In this document: in pieces, positions 13,051-26,394 of the stretch
Layout of the letters: every line of letters starts with the position of its first letter
Position numbering within the stretch: position 1 is the first letter of the stretch
Origin: Okamejei kenojei
Taxonomy: Eukaryota
DNA: 64,000 nucleotides
Assembly (NCBI GenBank): GCA_035221665.1
Contig: CM069149.1
Span: 19,964,001 to 20,028,000, forward strand
Direction of reading: 5' to 3'
The notes under the pieces: generated by a model
What the model was told of the DNA's origin: nothing
What the model saw: the letters and a program-made list of their open reading frames with translations, nothing else
Database searches by the model: none
Position numbers and translations under genes: made by a program

Positions 13051-13337
13051 GTTGCTCGACATTTTACAACAAAAAAAGTAAACACTGTGTTATCTAGTAG
13101 TTCATCCTAAATCCGTGCATATTGAGATCACTTTTCATTCTTTTAAACATCCGACTAGATGCCAAATTTCTCCAGTTCCTTAGAGGCCAAACCGCTCCCA
13201 CATATTCCAGGAATAAATTGCGTAGATCTATAAGACAGAGGGACCCAGACTCTACAGAATAGCTCAAACATAGCCCCACCAAAGTCGTTTGTCTTAAGTG
13301 CTCAGCGCCATCTGTGCTAGAATTCCAGAAAACTTAC

Positions 13338-13409
13338 AGATGTTCAAGTGCATCCAGACCAGAAAATGCTTTCCTTGTGATCGATCTGATTCGATTTCCC
13401 TGTAGTCCC
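13338..13409 (-). CDS. LRIG3: LRIG3 exon 10 (LRR)
   Basis: 72 nt, CAG/GTAAGT; GLQGNRIRSITRKAFSGLDALEH. Confidence 0.95.
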
Positions 13410-13985
13410 CTGGGGAAAAGGCACTTAGTTTAATAATAAATCTAAAATGTGCATCTTTGAATAAGAGGACGAAGTAGCAGTGTCATTTTTTCACATAAAA
13501 TCGCCCTTTCCATATTCTAACTGCATGCTCCTCTCAACAAATATCAAATCCCTTCCCAAATAAAGGGCATCGGGTACTGACAATTACAAATGGTCAATTT
13601 TGAAACCAAAACTGGAACACAGATTTGCAAATTATCAAGAAATCCAACTTTTTTTATTAATCGTTTTTTTCTAATGTGTCAGATTTCGATATTTTTGTAT
13701 TGCTTGAGTATTCAAACCTATTCAATTCCAAAAGCATTGAGTTGCAAGGTTGCCCTGATCAAAGTGTATCCTCAAGCACACTTCCTTTCCTCATCCCACA
13801 GACTATTGGATTCTCAATACATTCCACACCAAAGGGCTCACTGAGCCTGAAATAATTCACTTGATACATTTAAGTCAACTTTTTGATCTAACTTTGCACA
13901 CACATTAAGCTCACATGCACAAAACAATGCATCATGCAGACATCTTCAGAATGTTTCCACTGGAGAAAAAATGAAGATCACTTAC

Positions 13986-14066
13986 AATTTCCTTAGTTTG
14001 CTCAATTGAGAGAAAGCCCCATTCATATCTTCAATAGTCCATGAGATTTCATTATTTTTCAGGTCT
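13986..14066 (-). CDS. LRIG3: LRIG3 exon 9 (LRR)
   Basis: 81 nt, CAG/GTAAGT; DLKNNEISWTIEDMNGAFSQLSKLRK. Confidence 0.95.
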
Positions 14067-14369
14067 CTGCAAAGTGTTTTGGGAGGGGGAACAGCAGTTG
14101 ACAAGGGGTGGAGAATACAAATGAAAAGAGAATTAGCAATGTACAATACACTTTTGTTTTTAAATTTCTGTGAAATCTGACAACACCATACATAAAGGGC
14201 AAGGAACCTGCTGCAATAGATCTACAGGCCATAATTCATATTGTTAACAAATTTGTGTGAAATGCCATGCAATAATCCATAGATAAATATTGTGTCTTCA
14301 ATGTCTTTATCAAGCTTTACATGTAAAGCTAAAAAATGAACCAAATAATTCTGGCAGACCTCAGTCGGT

Positions 14370-15250
14370 TAAAATTGATTGTAACATTCCCTGTCCATCC
14401 TGACCCTCACAGATACCTCAGGAATATGTTTGCAATATATTGTTCTATTCCCTGTACACCAATGATAGCATAGCCAAGCACAATGCTAACTCAATCTCCA
14501 AATTCACAACGATACCATTGTCGTCAGCCGCATCTACAACATGCGGGGTAGCGATCGAGAACAGTGTGTCAGGTAAATATCCTGGCTGGTAATGTCAATA
14601 ATCCTGTCCTACCAACAAGGCTTCAGTACAGATGGTTAACAGCTTCGTTCCTTGGCATCCATATCACCAACAACCTAACTTGGTCCGTTCACACTGATGT
14701 AGTGATTCAGAAAAGCGCACCAACATATTTACTTTCTTAGATATCTGAAAAGATTCGACATATCCAGAAGGATTTTATGAACTTCTACTGATGTGTTATA
14801 AAAAGTATTTTGCTCTTGGCTCCCTGAATCCGTGAAGCGATGAACACATACTAGTCTTTCAGATGGTTGTTACTTTCTTCCATTCATTCTATCTTCATGT
14901 GTGTTACATCAAGAAAGTATTATCAAGGATGCCCATCACCCTATTAGGAGAAGATACAGGAGCTTGACGATCAGACTTAAGACTAGCTTCTTCTCCACTG
15001 TGCTGTTACCCGAGTCATGAACAAATCATCTCTATCACACACTACTCCTGGAGGTGCCGCCACATATTCTTACTCTTAACTCCACCTCATTGGTTACTCA
15101 GTTTTGGTACAATAATATTATTTTACACTCCTACACTCTTGCACTATTCTGCTGCTTTGCACCTGTATTTAGCATTATTTATTCTATTTACTGTGAAAGA
15201 ATAAGGGACTTCATAACACACTGGTGTACAGGACAAACTAACCTGATCAC
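14370..15250 (+). mobile_element. Degenerate Rex1/Babar-type LINE RT fragment
   Basis: Remnants of KF(AD)DT.VV.RI and KAHQHIYFLRYLKRF, a KAQQRLYFLR-like motif. Confidence 0.6.
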
Positions 15251-15958
15251 TAACCAGAGTATATCTTTCAAATAAAACTGCTTATGGACGTTTTTATTGT
15301 CTGGGAGGCATTTTGAAACTACTTGTGATTTATAACTTAGTTAATTTCCAGAATCAAATCTTTATTCAGAAAACAGTTTGATTGTGGTTTCTTACTTATT
15401 CTTGTAAAAATCCATCAGGAATTGCAACAGTAATTTCTACCAATGACAAAATTAGTTATCTTATTCTGTAAAGAGGCTTAGCTGATAGGTCCACTCTCTC
15501 AGGTAACCTTCATCAGTTCCAGCTATACAAAGCAGTTCTGCAGATAACATGGCTTTGAAGCTCTACTGTAACAACATGTGTGGTTTGAAATTGTATACAA
15601 ATTAACCTGCTTCTAGATGCTGCTGCATGACAGTTGTGGCATGGCAGAGGCATCCAATTACACAGTAGTAATCTTTAGAAAATTTTAGAAAATTCACTTG
15701 CAAGTACATAGCCAGCATGTGGCATGCCTTCAAAACAAGTGGCAGTGAACAAGGCATTTAGGGGGTATGCATAAAATGCTAACTCATATGCACTATGCTT
15801 ATAAACATGAAGCCCATTTCATGATACTGAGGAACTTCAGAATGAAAACATTTCATAGTAACTAATAGCTATACCGACTTTACAAAAGTTCAAAATACAC
15901 ATTAAGCCACACACTACAGATAAGAAAACCCAAATTGTATATATAAATATGAACTTAC

Positions 15959-16102
15959 AGATTATGCAAACTGGATAGTCCTCCAAAGGCACCATCAGCA
16001 ATGTAACTCACTTGGTTATTTCCTATATATAACTGCCCAAGAAGGCTCAAACCAACAAAGGTGGAATCCTCCAGACGTGTTAGGTAATTAAATGAGACAT
16101 CC
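15959..16102 (-). CDS. LRIG3: LRIG3 exon 8 (LRRs)
   Basis: 144 nt, CAG/GTAAGT; DVSFNYLTRLEDSTFVGLSLLGQLYIGNNQVSYIADGAFGGLSSLHN. Confidence 0.95.
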
Positions 16103-16601
16103 CTGTCAATGGGAAATGAAATACATTTAGCAATTCATACAGAACAAAGGAATTAAAGTTCATACCCATACAATCTTATATTTCATTATTCATGGTTCAT
16201 TAGATTTGTCTAGCGACCAGTTATACTACAAAAACTAGGTATGAACGTTTGAACCCTGGTCTTGTACAAAAATACTTATTCAGCAAGGATTTACTTCAGT
16301 ATATCTAAGTTTATAGTGTGGACAGAGTTACAGCTGATTTATATTTGATGGCCCACAAAAGAGGAGAATGCCTAGACCACTGGTACGGTTGTTTCATACG
16401 TTTTGTGTGACTTACCTTCATCGTTTTGTCCAATATTTACATAACCTGCAATTATTTATTGTCCAGGCTTGTCCAAACATGACAGTATATTGTAGAATTA
16501 CTTCAGAAGAGAACTTAAGATATTTGGATATGTATACAGCTAGGAAAGGTGCAGAGGAATATGGAGCAAATGCAAGCAAAAGGGACTAACTCAGGAAAAC
16601 A

Positions 16602-16886
16602 CAGTTTAAGGATAAGAGGGAATTCCTTTAGGAATGAGATGAGGAAAACATTTTTCACACAGAGAGTGGTGAGTCTCTGGAATTCTCGGCCACAGAAGGT
16701 AGTTGAGGCCAATTCATTGGCTATATTTAAGAGGGAGTTAGATGTGGCCCTTGTGGCTAAAGGGATCAGGGGGTATGGAGAGAAGGCAGGTACAGGATAA
16801 TGAGTTGAATGCTCAGCCATGATCATATTGAATGGCGGTGCAGGCTCGAAGGGCCTACTCCTGCACCTATTTTCTATGTTTCTATT
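16602..16886 (+). mobile_element. Young CR1 LINE 3' end nested in an older CR1 tail
   Basis: HSLRIRG...FFTQRVVSLWNS...GYGEKAGTG; close match to 55407-55710; TTCTATGT tail. Confidence 0.92.
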
Positions 16887-18187
16887 ACCATGGACAGATT
16901 GGGCCAAAGGACCTATTCTGTGTGTATAACCATGTATAACTTGGAGAATATAGCTGATATGCGTAGAATGCCCAGCAGTATCTAATTGAACAAATTAAGT
17001 AAAATTGATTTAAATCGAGAAGTGTTCAAGTTTAGAATGTCAGCTATACACTGGGGTCTATTTTGTACTGAAATAGCAGCTAGCTAGAAAACCAATAAAC
17101 ATTTGTTTAAAGTGCACTGTTATAATATTCTAAATTGCCCAATGAAAAACCCGAGAGATAAATTCATTCCAGCACAGAGGAATTGGAGAGACGCTTTTAT
17201 ATGCTGCATTCATTTAGATGCAGTCACCTTTATTACATTATTGAAATTTTGTATAGCAGGATCACAAGCTTCAAGTCTAAGTTTTACAAAATCCCAGAAT
17301 CCAAATGTTTAAGTTGGCAATTTGTTTCCAGGCAGTGTGGGGAAGCCACCCGAATTATTAAAGTGGGAATACTAGAAGTGAACAAAGTATTATTATGCAT
17401 TTAGTGGGCAAAATGGACCAATGGTCTTTATCTGCATTGAATTGTTACAATGATCTTTGCACTTTTTAAATTAGATAAGAATTACTGATGACATTTTACA
17501 GGCAGAGATACAGACAAAAGAGATTGGCGAGTGATTGACAATGTCACGATGCCTGTTTGAAGTGAACGGACCTGAAAATCTATGAGTGTCGGGTACACTC
17601 TCAGTGAGGTCTGGGGTCATTTCAAGGCACATTTACTGTACATTGGTCTGGTAAATAGGAGCATCAATTGAAATCTTTGTTTGGCAACTGTTTTATGCAG
17701 TAAGCATCTGCAAGGGTTCATACCCAAACGGAGGTAAAAAAATAATAATTCCTGAACGCTCCCTCCCCTACTTTGAAAAGCCCTATAGGAGCACATAAAG
17801 TAAAGGTTAACAATGAATCATTAGGAAAATTCCGTTATGCTTAATGCTGCTGTCCACATGAGAAAATGCTAGGTTTAAATCATTGCACAATTTGTATGTT
17901 GTTTTAATCTGGATTCCTAGATGTTTTCCAAATCACAGGGTATTGAATTACCAACAAATCTCATTTGAGAACACGGGTCCCAAAAATTAAAAAAACAACC
18001 AATCTCACCCGCCACAGAACCAGCAAGTTATTTGTGGTTTTAAAAAGATATTTTGTATCTCACGTCTCACAGAAACACTGCTTTGGCCATCTTCATGAAA
18101 TCTTTATATAAAAGAAACCTCAATTGCAAAGCCAGCATTTTGGCATGATGTCCACAGAGAAACTGGAATGGAATAAAAGGTACTTAC

Positions 18188-18331
18188 AGCTCGCTGAGCT
18201 TTTGGCAGAACTCCCAGGCATCTGGGTTGATCTTGCTGATGGCATTCTGGCTGAGATTAAGTTGCTGCAACATCAGCAAGCCATACAACCATCCTTTGGT
18301 TACTTCTGTCAAATTGTTAAAATCCAGTTGT
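18188..18331 (-). CDS. LRIG3: LRIG3 exon 7 (LRRs)
   Basis: 144 nt, CAG/GTAAGT; QLDFNNLTEVTKGWLYGLLMLQQLNLSQNAISKINPDAWEFCQKLSE. Confidence 0.96.
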
Positions 18332-18731
18332 CTGAAAAAGGAAAAAATAGGAAGAAAGAAAATATTAGCTTGCATTAGCCCTAAAATGGGGGGGTTTATT
18401 TGTCTTTTCTCCAGTTTGTCATGCAGTTAAAAAGCAATTTAAACATTGAAGCCATGTGGCTGGATTCTCCGGAATGAGAGTCAACTGCCAAAGCTGCGAG
18501 GCCAAAAAGGTAGAAAGCAGCTCATTTTACAAACAAGTTCTTACATATTTAGCTGAACCAAGTACTTCTTTGTTTAAAACAAAACTTTAGTTAACACTGT
18601 GGTGAAGCCATCTATAACTTGTGAACCTCAGAGCAAAATACTTTACCAAGTCCAAAGATTTATACATTGGTTATTTTGGGGGTATGTCATTATTTATAAT
18701 GGGATTTTTAACAATTAAAAACAAGACTCAC

Positions 18732-18875
18732 AATATCTCAATGTTGCTCAGTCCCCAGAAAGCACCATCCATGAGTTTACTAATGCTATTTCTTTGTAAT
18801 TGAAGAGATTTCAAAGCACTTAGTCCTTGAAATGCAAGGCCATCCACTTTCTTCATTTTGTTGCGACTAAGTTCC
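18732..18875 (-). CDS. LRIG3: LRIG3 exon 6 (LRRs)
   Basis: 144 nt, CAG/GTGAGT; ELSRNKMKKVDGLAFQGLSALKSLQLQRNSISKLMDGAFWGLSNIEI. Confidence 0.95.
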
Positions 18876-19048
18876 CTGCAGCAAAATAAATAAAACGTTA
18901 ATCTTACAGAATGACTACTTTTACTTAAGCAAAATTGAGAACTGAGGTGGGGTGGGAGGGGGAAGGAGGAAAGAGATCAAGTATTTAAATCAAAAATTAC
19001 ATTTGAAATTTAGTTCATTTTTGTGATTTTGTTACAAGATTAACTTAC

Positions 19049-19192
19049 AAGTGCTGGAGATGCGGCAGTTTGAACATCTTGGAAGGAATAGATGAAATTT
19101 TGTTTCGGTTTAGCTTCAAGACTTGAAGTGTATTCGAAAGATTGTCAAAGCAACCAGGATCCAGAGAAGTTATTCTGTTATTGTTGATGTAT
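19049..19192 (-). CDS. LRIG3: LRIG3 exon 5 (LRRs)
   Basis: 144 nt, TAG/GTAAGT; YINNNRITSLDPGCFDNLSNTLQVLKLNRNKISSIPSKMFKLPHLQH. Confidence 0.95.
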
Positions 19193-19854
19193 CTAAACAA
19201 CATCACACATATGGGTTACACAGCTGTATAACTATACGAAAGACATTTATAGCACTGTTCATTGAACAAATCTCATCTTATTTCTTAATCCAGCCAATGG
19301 CTCGCTCTCTTATATATTTCTAGGCAAGGTAGAGATCAACCAGCCCAGCTTCCTTGTGCGCTAGATGATGTCCTGCTTAATGGACAAGCAGGCATACTTA
19401 AACAAAATGTGATATTTTATATTTTAAATTATATTACATTAATTTTTACATAACATTAATGTGATTAATATTATGAACACTCAAAGAATTGTTTTATTAT
19501 ATTGTATGCAATAGGAAACCATGCAGAACCCTACAATACATTAAAGTTGTTGTTCATAATCATGAAACTATGCCAGGATATTGCAAACCAAAACAGTTTA
19601 CTCCAATCAATTTGAATGCAACTGTTTAAAACGTCTTTGCAAAGATGATTGACCTGCATTTTGGAAACTTTGTACTTATATTGTGAAATCATGTAAATAC
19701 TGGATTATAGTGCAACATGTCACATCTTCACAATATTTGTGGATTACAAAATGGCAAGGAATAAAGAAACACGAATAGAGGTGGAAGAATGGACTTACAT
19801 ATGCGATTTATACCTAAACAGTACATATCGGAGATGGACCACACAATGGTACTG

Positions 19855-20590
19855 AGAGTCAAAGTAATGCAATACAGAAACTGGCCCTTTGGCCCAACTC
19901 CTTCATGTCAACCAAGATGACCCGATAAACCTATTTGCCAACGTTTAGCCATATCCCCTCAAATCTTTCCTATCCATGTATCTGTCCAAGTGTCTTAAAT
20001 GTTATAGCAGCAGTTTCAACTAAGTGCTATGGCAGTTTGTTCCATGTACCCACCACCCTTTGAGTGAAAATGTTGTCCCTCAGGTTTGTATTAAATCTTG
20101 CCCCTCTCTCTTTAAACATATGTCCTCTTGTTTTTGATTCCCCTCCCAGGGTTAATAACTATACAGTCTCCCTATCTATTTCCCTCATGATTGTATACAC
20201 TCTAGGATCATCCCTCAGCCTCCTGCAGCCCAAGGAGGAAAGTCCTAACCTGGCCAATCTCTCTAGATCAGCCCCTCAAAACCTGTTAACGCACAAAAAA
20301 TCATGTCTTCACTCATTCTACCTGATGGAACCCACTGGTCATGGACAATCATCTAGAATAACACCCTTCCTCCATTACCCTGTTTGGGCAGGCCAGCTCC
20401 AAATCCAAACGACTGAGTCACCATGGATCCCATGCATCTTAATCCTCTGAATTAGCCTGGTCTGGCCATCCACAAGAGTCCTTGACAATGAACATAACCA
20501 TAGTCATATCTGTATCAATCACCTTTGTCGCTTCCTCAAAAAACTCAAATTTGTATATGATCTGCCCTTCATAATGCCATGCTGATTGTC
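19855..20590 (-). mobile_element. CR1 LINE fragments
   Basis: GGCCCTTTGGCCCAACT 3' tail and degenerate C-terminal RT sequence. Confidence 0.7.
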
Positions 20591-20658
20591 AAATATATAA
20601 TTGCTTTCAAGGTCGGAAAAATTCCATAGTGTAACGGAATAGTCATGACGAGTTATAA

Positions 20659-20757
20659 GAAGTCTGAAGAAGGCCGGAACGACCCGAAACGTCGCCTATC
20701 TCCTTCGCTCCTTAGATGCTGCTGCACCCGCTGAGTTTCTCCAGCCTTTTGTGTATC
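20659..20757 (+). mobile_element. Penelope pLTR-derived short insertion with hammerhead-like core
   Basis: CTGAAGA...GACCCGAAACGTC at 20664-20693; 11-bp TSD ACGAGTTATAA (20648-20658 / 20758-20768). Confidence 0.85.
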
Positions 20758-21205
20758 ACGAGTTATAATCTAGTCCTTGTTATCTTGTCTGCAGTCATTC
20801 TCAAGACTAACCCAGCTGTACTCAACAATTATCATCCAGTCCACAGTGGCTTCCCTACCAGCATAGCCTTCCTTAAAACCTGCCCCTCCTGATCTGTTTT
20901 CTTGATTTTGTTTTCAATAGCACCCGAGGAAGAAACTCAGGACATTACATTAAATACATAATAGACAATATGAATTTAAATGAGTTGTGATTACGACTTA
21001 TTTGTTATTGCTACCACTATGTTGGAGCCATCAGAACAGTAATAATTAAGGCAATTAATTGATTTACAAGCTGTAAAGCCACTCTAGAATAACGTTTTAA
21101 CATTATGAATACAGATACCCTTTTTGTTTTAAGAACCACCTCCATGCTTAACTCCTGCAGCACAGCCATTAGAGCATACATGTCAAATAATCACAATATA
21201 CTTAC

Positions 21206-21334
21206 AGATATCGAAGTTGCAGAGGAGGAAATTGTTTCAGTTCAAAAATCTGGTTATTACTGAGATCAAGCATTTCCATGGATTGAAATGGCATCAGCTG
21301 TTCAGATAGTACTTGAGTAATTTTGTTATTAGAT
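21206..21334 (-). CDS. LRIG3: LRIG3 exon 4 (LRRs)
   Basis: 129 nt, CAG/GTAAGT; SNNKITQVLSEQLMPFQSMEMLDLSNNQIFELKQFPPLQLRY. Confidence 0.92.
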
Positions 21335-21722
21335 CTGCAGAGAAAATAAAGGCAATTGGAGAGAAACCCTCAGGGAGATAAAACTTGAAATAAAGTGAAG
21401 AACCATTCTTATCATTGATATGTATGCTAAAATATCAAAATACATGTTTGGGATCAACGCACAACCTGGATTTCAAGTTAAAGAATGCAGCAAAATATTT
21501 AAATATATAATTTTAAGTATAACATGTTAGACTGATTAATAGCACAGAGATTACAAAATATTTGCAATGCAAATAATCCCAGTAACAATGCAGGTTCCTA
21601 ATGCCGTGAAGTATGCAATGTTAAAATGTTTAATAGCTTACTTCCGGGAACATGGAATTGGTCTTTAAGCACAATGTTAAAATACAGAATGTCTTACAAA
21701 AAGCATTACAGCCTTTATAGGT

Positions 21723-22306
21723 ACTGGGAGTTCTGCTGTAACGTGCTTTACCACAACATGAATTGGATATAATGCGAGTAATGAATATGGGAACATTATT
21801 TGCATCATGTGGACTGAATTGGTTACAATAAGATTTTAATTGGGAACTGGAGAACCACGTAAAATGATATTAGAAATTAACAAGAAGAAAAATGCTGTAT
21901 TAGATGTAAACAGTATTAGGGAATAACAAAATGTATATCCATGTAGCTAGCCTTCTCACACTAATCACACTATTCTCTCTTCAGAGCACAGCTGCTACTT
22001 TTAACTGCAAGTGGTCACTAAAAGTGACAAGCAATTACTTGGAATGACTCGTGCAACCATACGCAATTAAACAATGTAACATACAGCCTTTCGTATTTTT
22101 AGCTTGCAGTATGAAAAATAAACATTGGGAATGAAAAGACCTTTATTTTTGAAAATCCTGTGGGAAAAATAACTTGGCTTATTGCGAGTCAAACTCTCTA
22201 GTTTGAGTCAACCCCCTTTCCCCAATGACACAACTGTCTTTATAACAATTTTATATAACTCAAGATTTCTTGGGAACACAACTATCGCATTTTAGAACTA
22301 GCTGTA
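21723..22306. mobile_element. Possible old Tigger/pogo-like MITE
   Basis: Degenerate inverted ends TACTGGGAGTTCTGCTGTAACG / CGCATTTTAGAACTAGCTGTA with TA flanks. Confidence 0.35.
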
Positions 22307-22877
22307 AATGGTTATAATCTGAAAGTTAGCACATACTAAACAGTTGTGTAAACTTCAGATTAGAAGCCGTTTGAAATGAAAGTAGAAATAGGCAACTTTT
22401 GTTCCAAAGATACAGTGCAAGTATTTCAGCATCTATTTTCATATTTACAGCATCTATTTTATATTTACAGACAAGCAATTGGAAGAATACATGAACCTAT
22501 ATGCTAGTGGAAGATGCAAACCATTGATGAAAGATAATTGAACCATACTGTAGTCCTTATCTGTTCAGCTATCACTTTATTGCTTCCATTACTGTGCAGG
22601 CATCCCAAGTATAGCCACTAATTTTTAGTTGACTATTTTCAGGGCCGCTTCATCTTATTGAGTGTTGCACAGTGCACATTTCAGTAAACCTATTCTCTGA
22701 AATGCTGTAAACCCATATGTGGGACCATGGGGTGGGGTGGGGGGGGGGGGGGGGGGGGGGAAGAGGGAGGAATGGCATCCTTTATTAGAGATTGCCCGCT
22801 ATAACAAATTAAGTGATTAAATAGTATCATTGTATATTAGTAGATACAAAGAACAGCCGACATTGATTAATACACAA

Positions 22878-22975
22878 AGGGACACAAAGTGCCGGAATAA
22901 ATCAACGGGTCAAGTAGCATCCCCGGAGAACACAGGAAAGGTGATGTTTGGGTCAAGCTGCTTCTTCACTCTGTC
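22878..22975 (-). repeat. Degenerate Penelope pLTR-derived repeat
   Basis: GGACACAAAGTGCCGGAATAAATCAACGGGTCAAGTAGCATC...GGTGATGTTTGGGTCAAG. Confidence 0.65.
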
Positions 22976-24439
22976 TGGGCTTGGAATCCAGGTGAATTGT
23001 TGGCCTTGGCCTTCTGGTGGCCAGGATAGGTGGATTCATTGGTTGAGGCCCACCTGAGTGCAGGTAAGGGTCGGTAGTGGCAGGTGTGGGTGTGGCCTGG
23101 AAATGGCCAAGGAAGTTGTGCGAGCCAACAGGGGCAGAAAAGCAACTGGGGAGGTGGTGTTGGCCAGCGTCAGTAGCCCAGGCTGGCAGCAAAGGTCAGT
23201 AGGTTCGTCATCACAAGGACTTGATATATGTACCGAGATACTAAATTCATTGCTGTGAAGTTCTCATCTCATTCAAAGAGCAGGTGGTGCAATCAGAGAA
23301 TAGCCCAATACACAAAAAAGGTAGAGCAAGCAAGGAATCAGAAGAAATGCATTGGCATTTTAATGGCATTCACCGAAGTAGAATTAGACCTGGGTTTTGG
23401 TACAGGAATGAACAGATATTCAAAATTAAGGGGTTTTGTTAAGCAAGTCTGGGAAAGGTTATTTTCACTGGTTATAGAGTCAATAATCAGAGAGCAAACA
23501 AAAAACATGGGTTCAAAAAAGTGTACTTTAGTAATAAAAATGTCAATAGATGAAAATGGCCCTCCATCTAAATTTGCTGTCATTTGATGGTACTGTTTGA
23601 GAGAAAAACAATCAGATTCTTTGAAAGTTCCTACTGAGTGACTAACTCTATATTGTATTCTTTAATTCATCAAAATCTTCTAAAAACGCAGTTTTGGGAT
23701 GCATACTTATGAACCTGCAATGAATTTAAAGCGTGCCATAAATTTATGGTACGAATAATAAATACATTAATAGTTTGTAAATATTTCCATATTCAGTTCT
23801 TCTAGTCAGCAGCAGCTTCATCTCTATGACAATGTAGTGTACACTAAATATACAGTTACATTTCAAGATTCCGCTCTGCAAATATCCGAAATTCGTTCTT
23901 TCTTCAAAATTAACACTTTTATATACTATCTACATTAGTTATTACGAGTATCTGATTGTATCACTGCTAACCTATTTAAGTCCCTACTTTTACACTGCAT
24001 GATAACAGAATATAATTTGATCCACGATGAAGTTTGCTTTAATGTTGAGCTAGGATGAAGAAAGATGTATTTACTCCAATATCTTGGTCCGCAGCCAGCG
24101 ATTCTTCCACACAAATCAATGTCAGTACTGAGCTTGTCTTTCATGGCTGAACAGATCTTTGATATTTTCCACCCAGTATCTTAAAAAGTGCCCATATGAT
24201 GTCAAATGAAATTGCATTGCCATGCAAGTTACATCTGCATGGCAATGCAATTGTAACTTTGAGAAGCTCAAGAGGCTGAAATGATAATGGATAATAGTGA
24301 GATAATGGATTTGTTATTTTAACTGACTACATTATAGAATTTCAAAATTCTTAAAATAACAGAATGAGGCAATTACATGTGAAACAGCACATTGTGCGCA
24401 ACAGGTTAAATGACTGGGATGAGAACTTCTGTGGTCCGA

Positions 24440-26030
24440 TTAGCAAGTTTGCTGATGACACAAATAACTGGAGGAGTTGTAAGTAGCAAAGATAGTTGCT
24501 TAAGAATACAGTAGGACATGGGTCAGCTGGAAAGTTGGATGGAGCAATGGCAGATGACATTTCATCCAAACAAGTTTGAGACTATGTATTTTGGGTCCTC
24601 TAGTACAGATATATACAATAAACAGCAAAGACCTTGGAAGTGTTGATGTGCTGAGGAACTTTGGGGTTGAAGTACAAACCTATCTGAAAATGGCACTTGG
24701 GGTAGAAAAGGTAAGAAAATAAGGCTTGTTTGCCTTCATCAACTTTGCAACCCAAGAACCCTTCAGTCATCTTGCAACTCTGAACCAGAGTGGAAGCAAA
24801 TCATCCTTTATGCTGAACCACTGGCTAAGATGGTAATGACAGCCATTTGCAGATAAAAAGACAGGTCCTTTTGGAAGTCCACACATGCAGCAGCTACTGG
24901 GAAGCAGAAGGTACTGGCAAAGGGGTGTTATCTGACTGGAGGTCTGTGAATAGCATAGCTCTGCAGAGATCAGGGGCATTTTGTTTGCAATATACAAATG
25001 ATTTTGTCGAAAAAGTAGGTGGGCTGACTGGCAGGTTGTGATGAAAACAAAATAGTGGTGTTATTAATAAGAAAGGTTGTCAAAGATGAAGCAGGATATA
25101 GATCAGTTAGAAATATGGGCAGAGCAATGGTAGATGGGGTTTAATCCAGACAAGTGTGAGTTGGTGCCCTTTGGGAGACCAAATACAAGAGGAAAGTATT
25201 CAGTTAGTGGTATGATCTTTGAGAGCATTGATGTACAGAGGAATCTTTAGTTTGGTCAGTGCCAAAAAAAAGACACTTTTGTATCGCCTAGGTGAGGTCT
25301 GCTACATGTTCTTACCGGGTTGTATGCAAAAAAACATTTTACTGTACCTAGGTACATATGACAATAAAGTATAATTGAATCATCAAATCTTGGGGTGCAA
25401 GCTCATAGCTCCCTGAAAGTGACACGGAAGTGGATAGGGTGGTACAAAAGGCATATTGCACACTTGCCTTGGATTTGAATATACAAGCTGGGAAGTCATA
25501 CTGCAGCTGTGTAAAACTTTGTTGAGGCTATATTTAGAATGTTGTGTACAGTTTTGATCACCCCAAACAGGACGGATGTTGAGGTTTTAAAGAAGGTGCC
25601 AAGGTTCCTCAGAATGCTAGCTGGATTAGACAGTATTCAAACTTGGATAATTTTCTCTGGACCAAAAGGCAAGGGGGGGTTTATGACCTAATAAATATAT
25701 AAAATTACAAGGAGTATAGATAGGCCAGATAGCGTCTTGTTCCGTTGGATAGATGGCAAATATTTAAGACAATTGGGGAAAGAAAGGAAGGAGATTTACA
25801 AGGTTTTTTTTGCAGTACGGTAGGTGCCTGGAATACACTGCCAAGGGAGATGGCAGAAGCAGATACTAAAGCGATATTTGACAAGCATTTTGACAGTCAC
25901 ATGAACAGTCCAGGAATGTAGGGACATAGATCATGTACAAGGTAGCTGTGCAGTTTACATTGGCATCGCCATCAGCACAGACATCGTGGACTGAAGGGCC
26001 TATTCCTGTGCTGTGTTGTTCTACATTCTA
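24440..26030 (+). mobile_element. Cluster of old CR1 LINE RT/3' fragments
   Basis: AAGTTTGCTGATGACACAAA (KFADDT) at ~24444; degenerate FNPDKCE and CVQF motifs; GAAGGGCCTATTCCTGTGCTGT tail near 26000. Confidence 0.7.
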
Positions 26031-26394
26031 TCATCCATCACGATTAATCATTGCAGCTTGCTTGTAACGATGACATCGTACATTCATTATGTATACTGCC
26101 TAATCCTCCATTTCAGAGAGCAGGCAAATTCTTGATAACATGATATAAATCATATTACAAGAACAAGCCATTAATTCCTAGATGTCTGCCGACAACATTT
26201 AGTGGGTCACGGTGATGAAAGGTTACTGAATGCCAACGTATTTATTGAATTCAGAAGAGCATGTCTTCAATAGTGTTTCATGACTGGTACTGGATAGCAA
26301 ATAGTCAACAACTATTGAATGGGCAATATTACAGAGTTAAAAAGTACTTGACAAAATGCAGTGCATAACAAAACCCAAGTAGTCTTTTTGAGCA

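Noticed and set aside
23228-23587. 119-aa plus-strand ORF in intron 3
   Set aside because: Degenerate CR1 C-terminal remnant, not an independent gene
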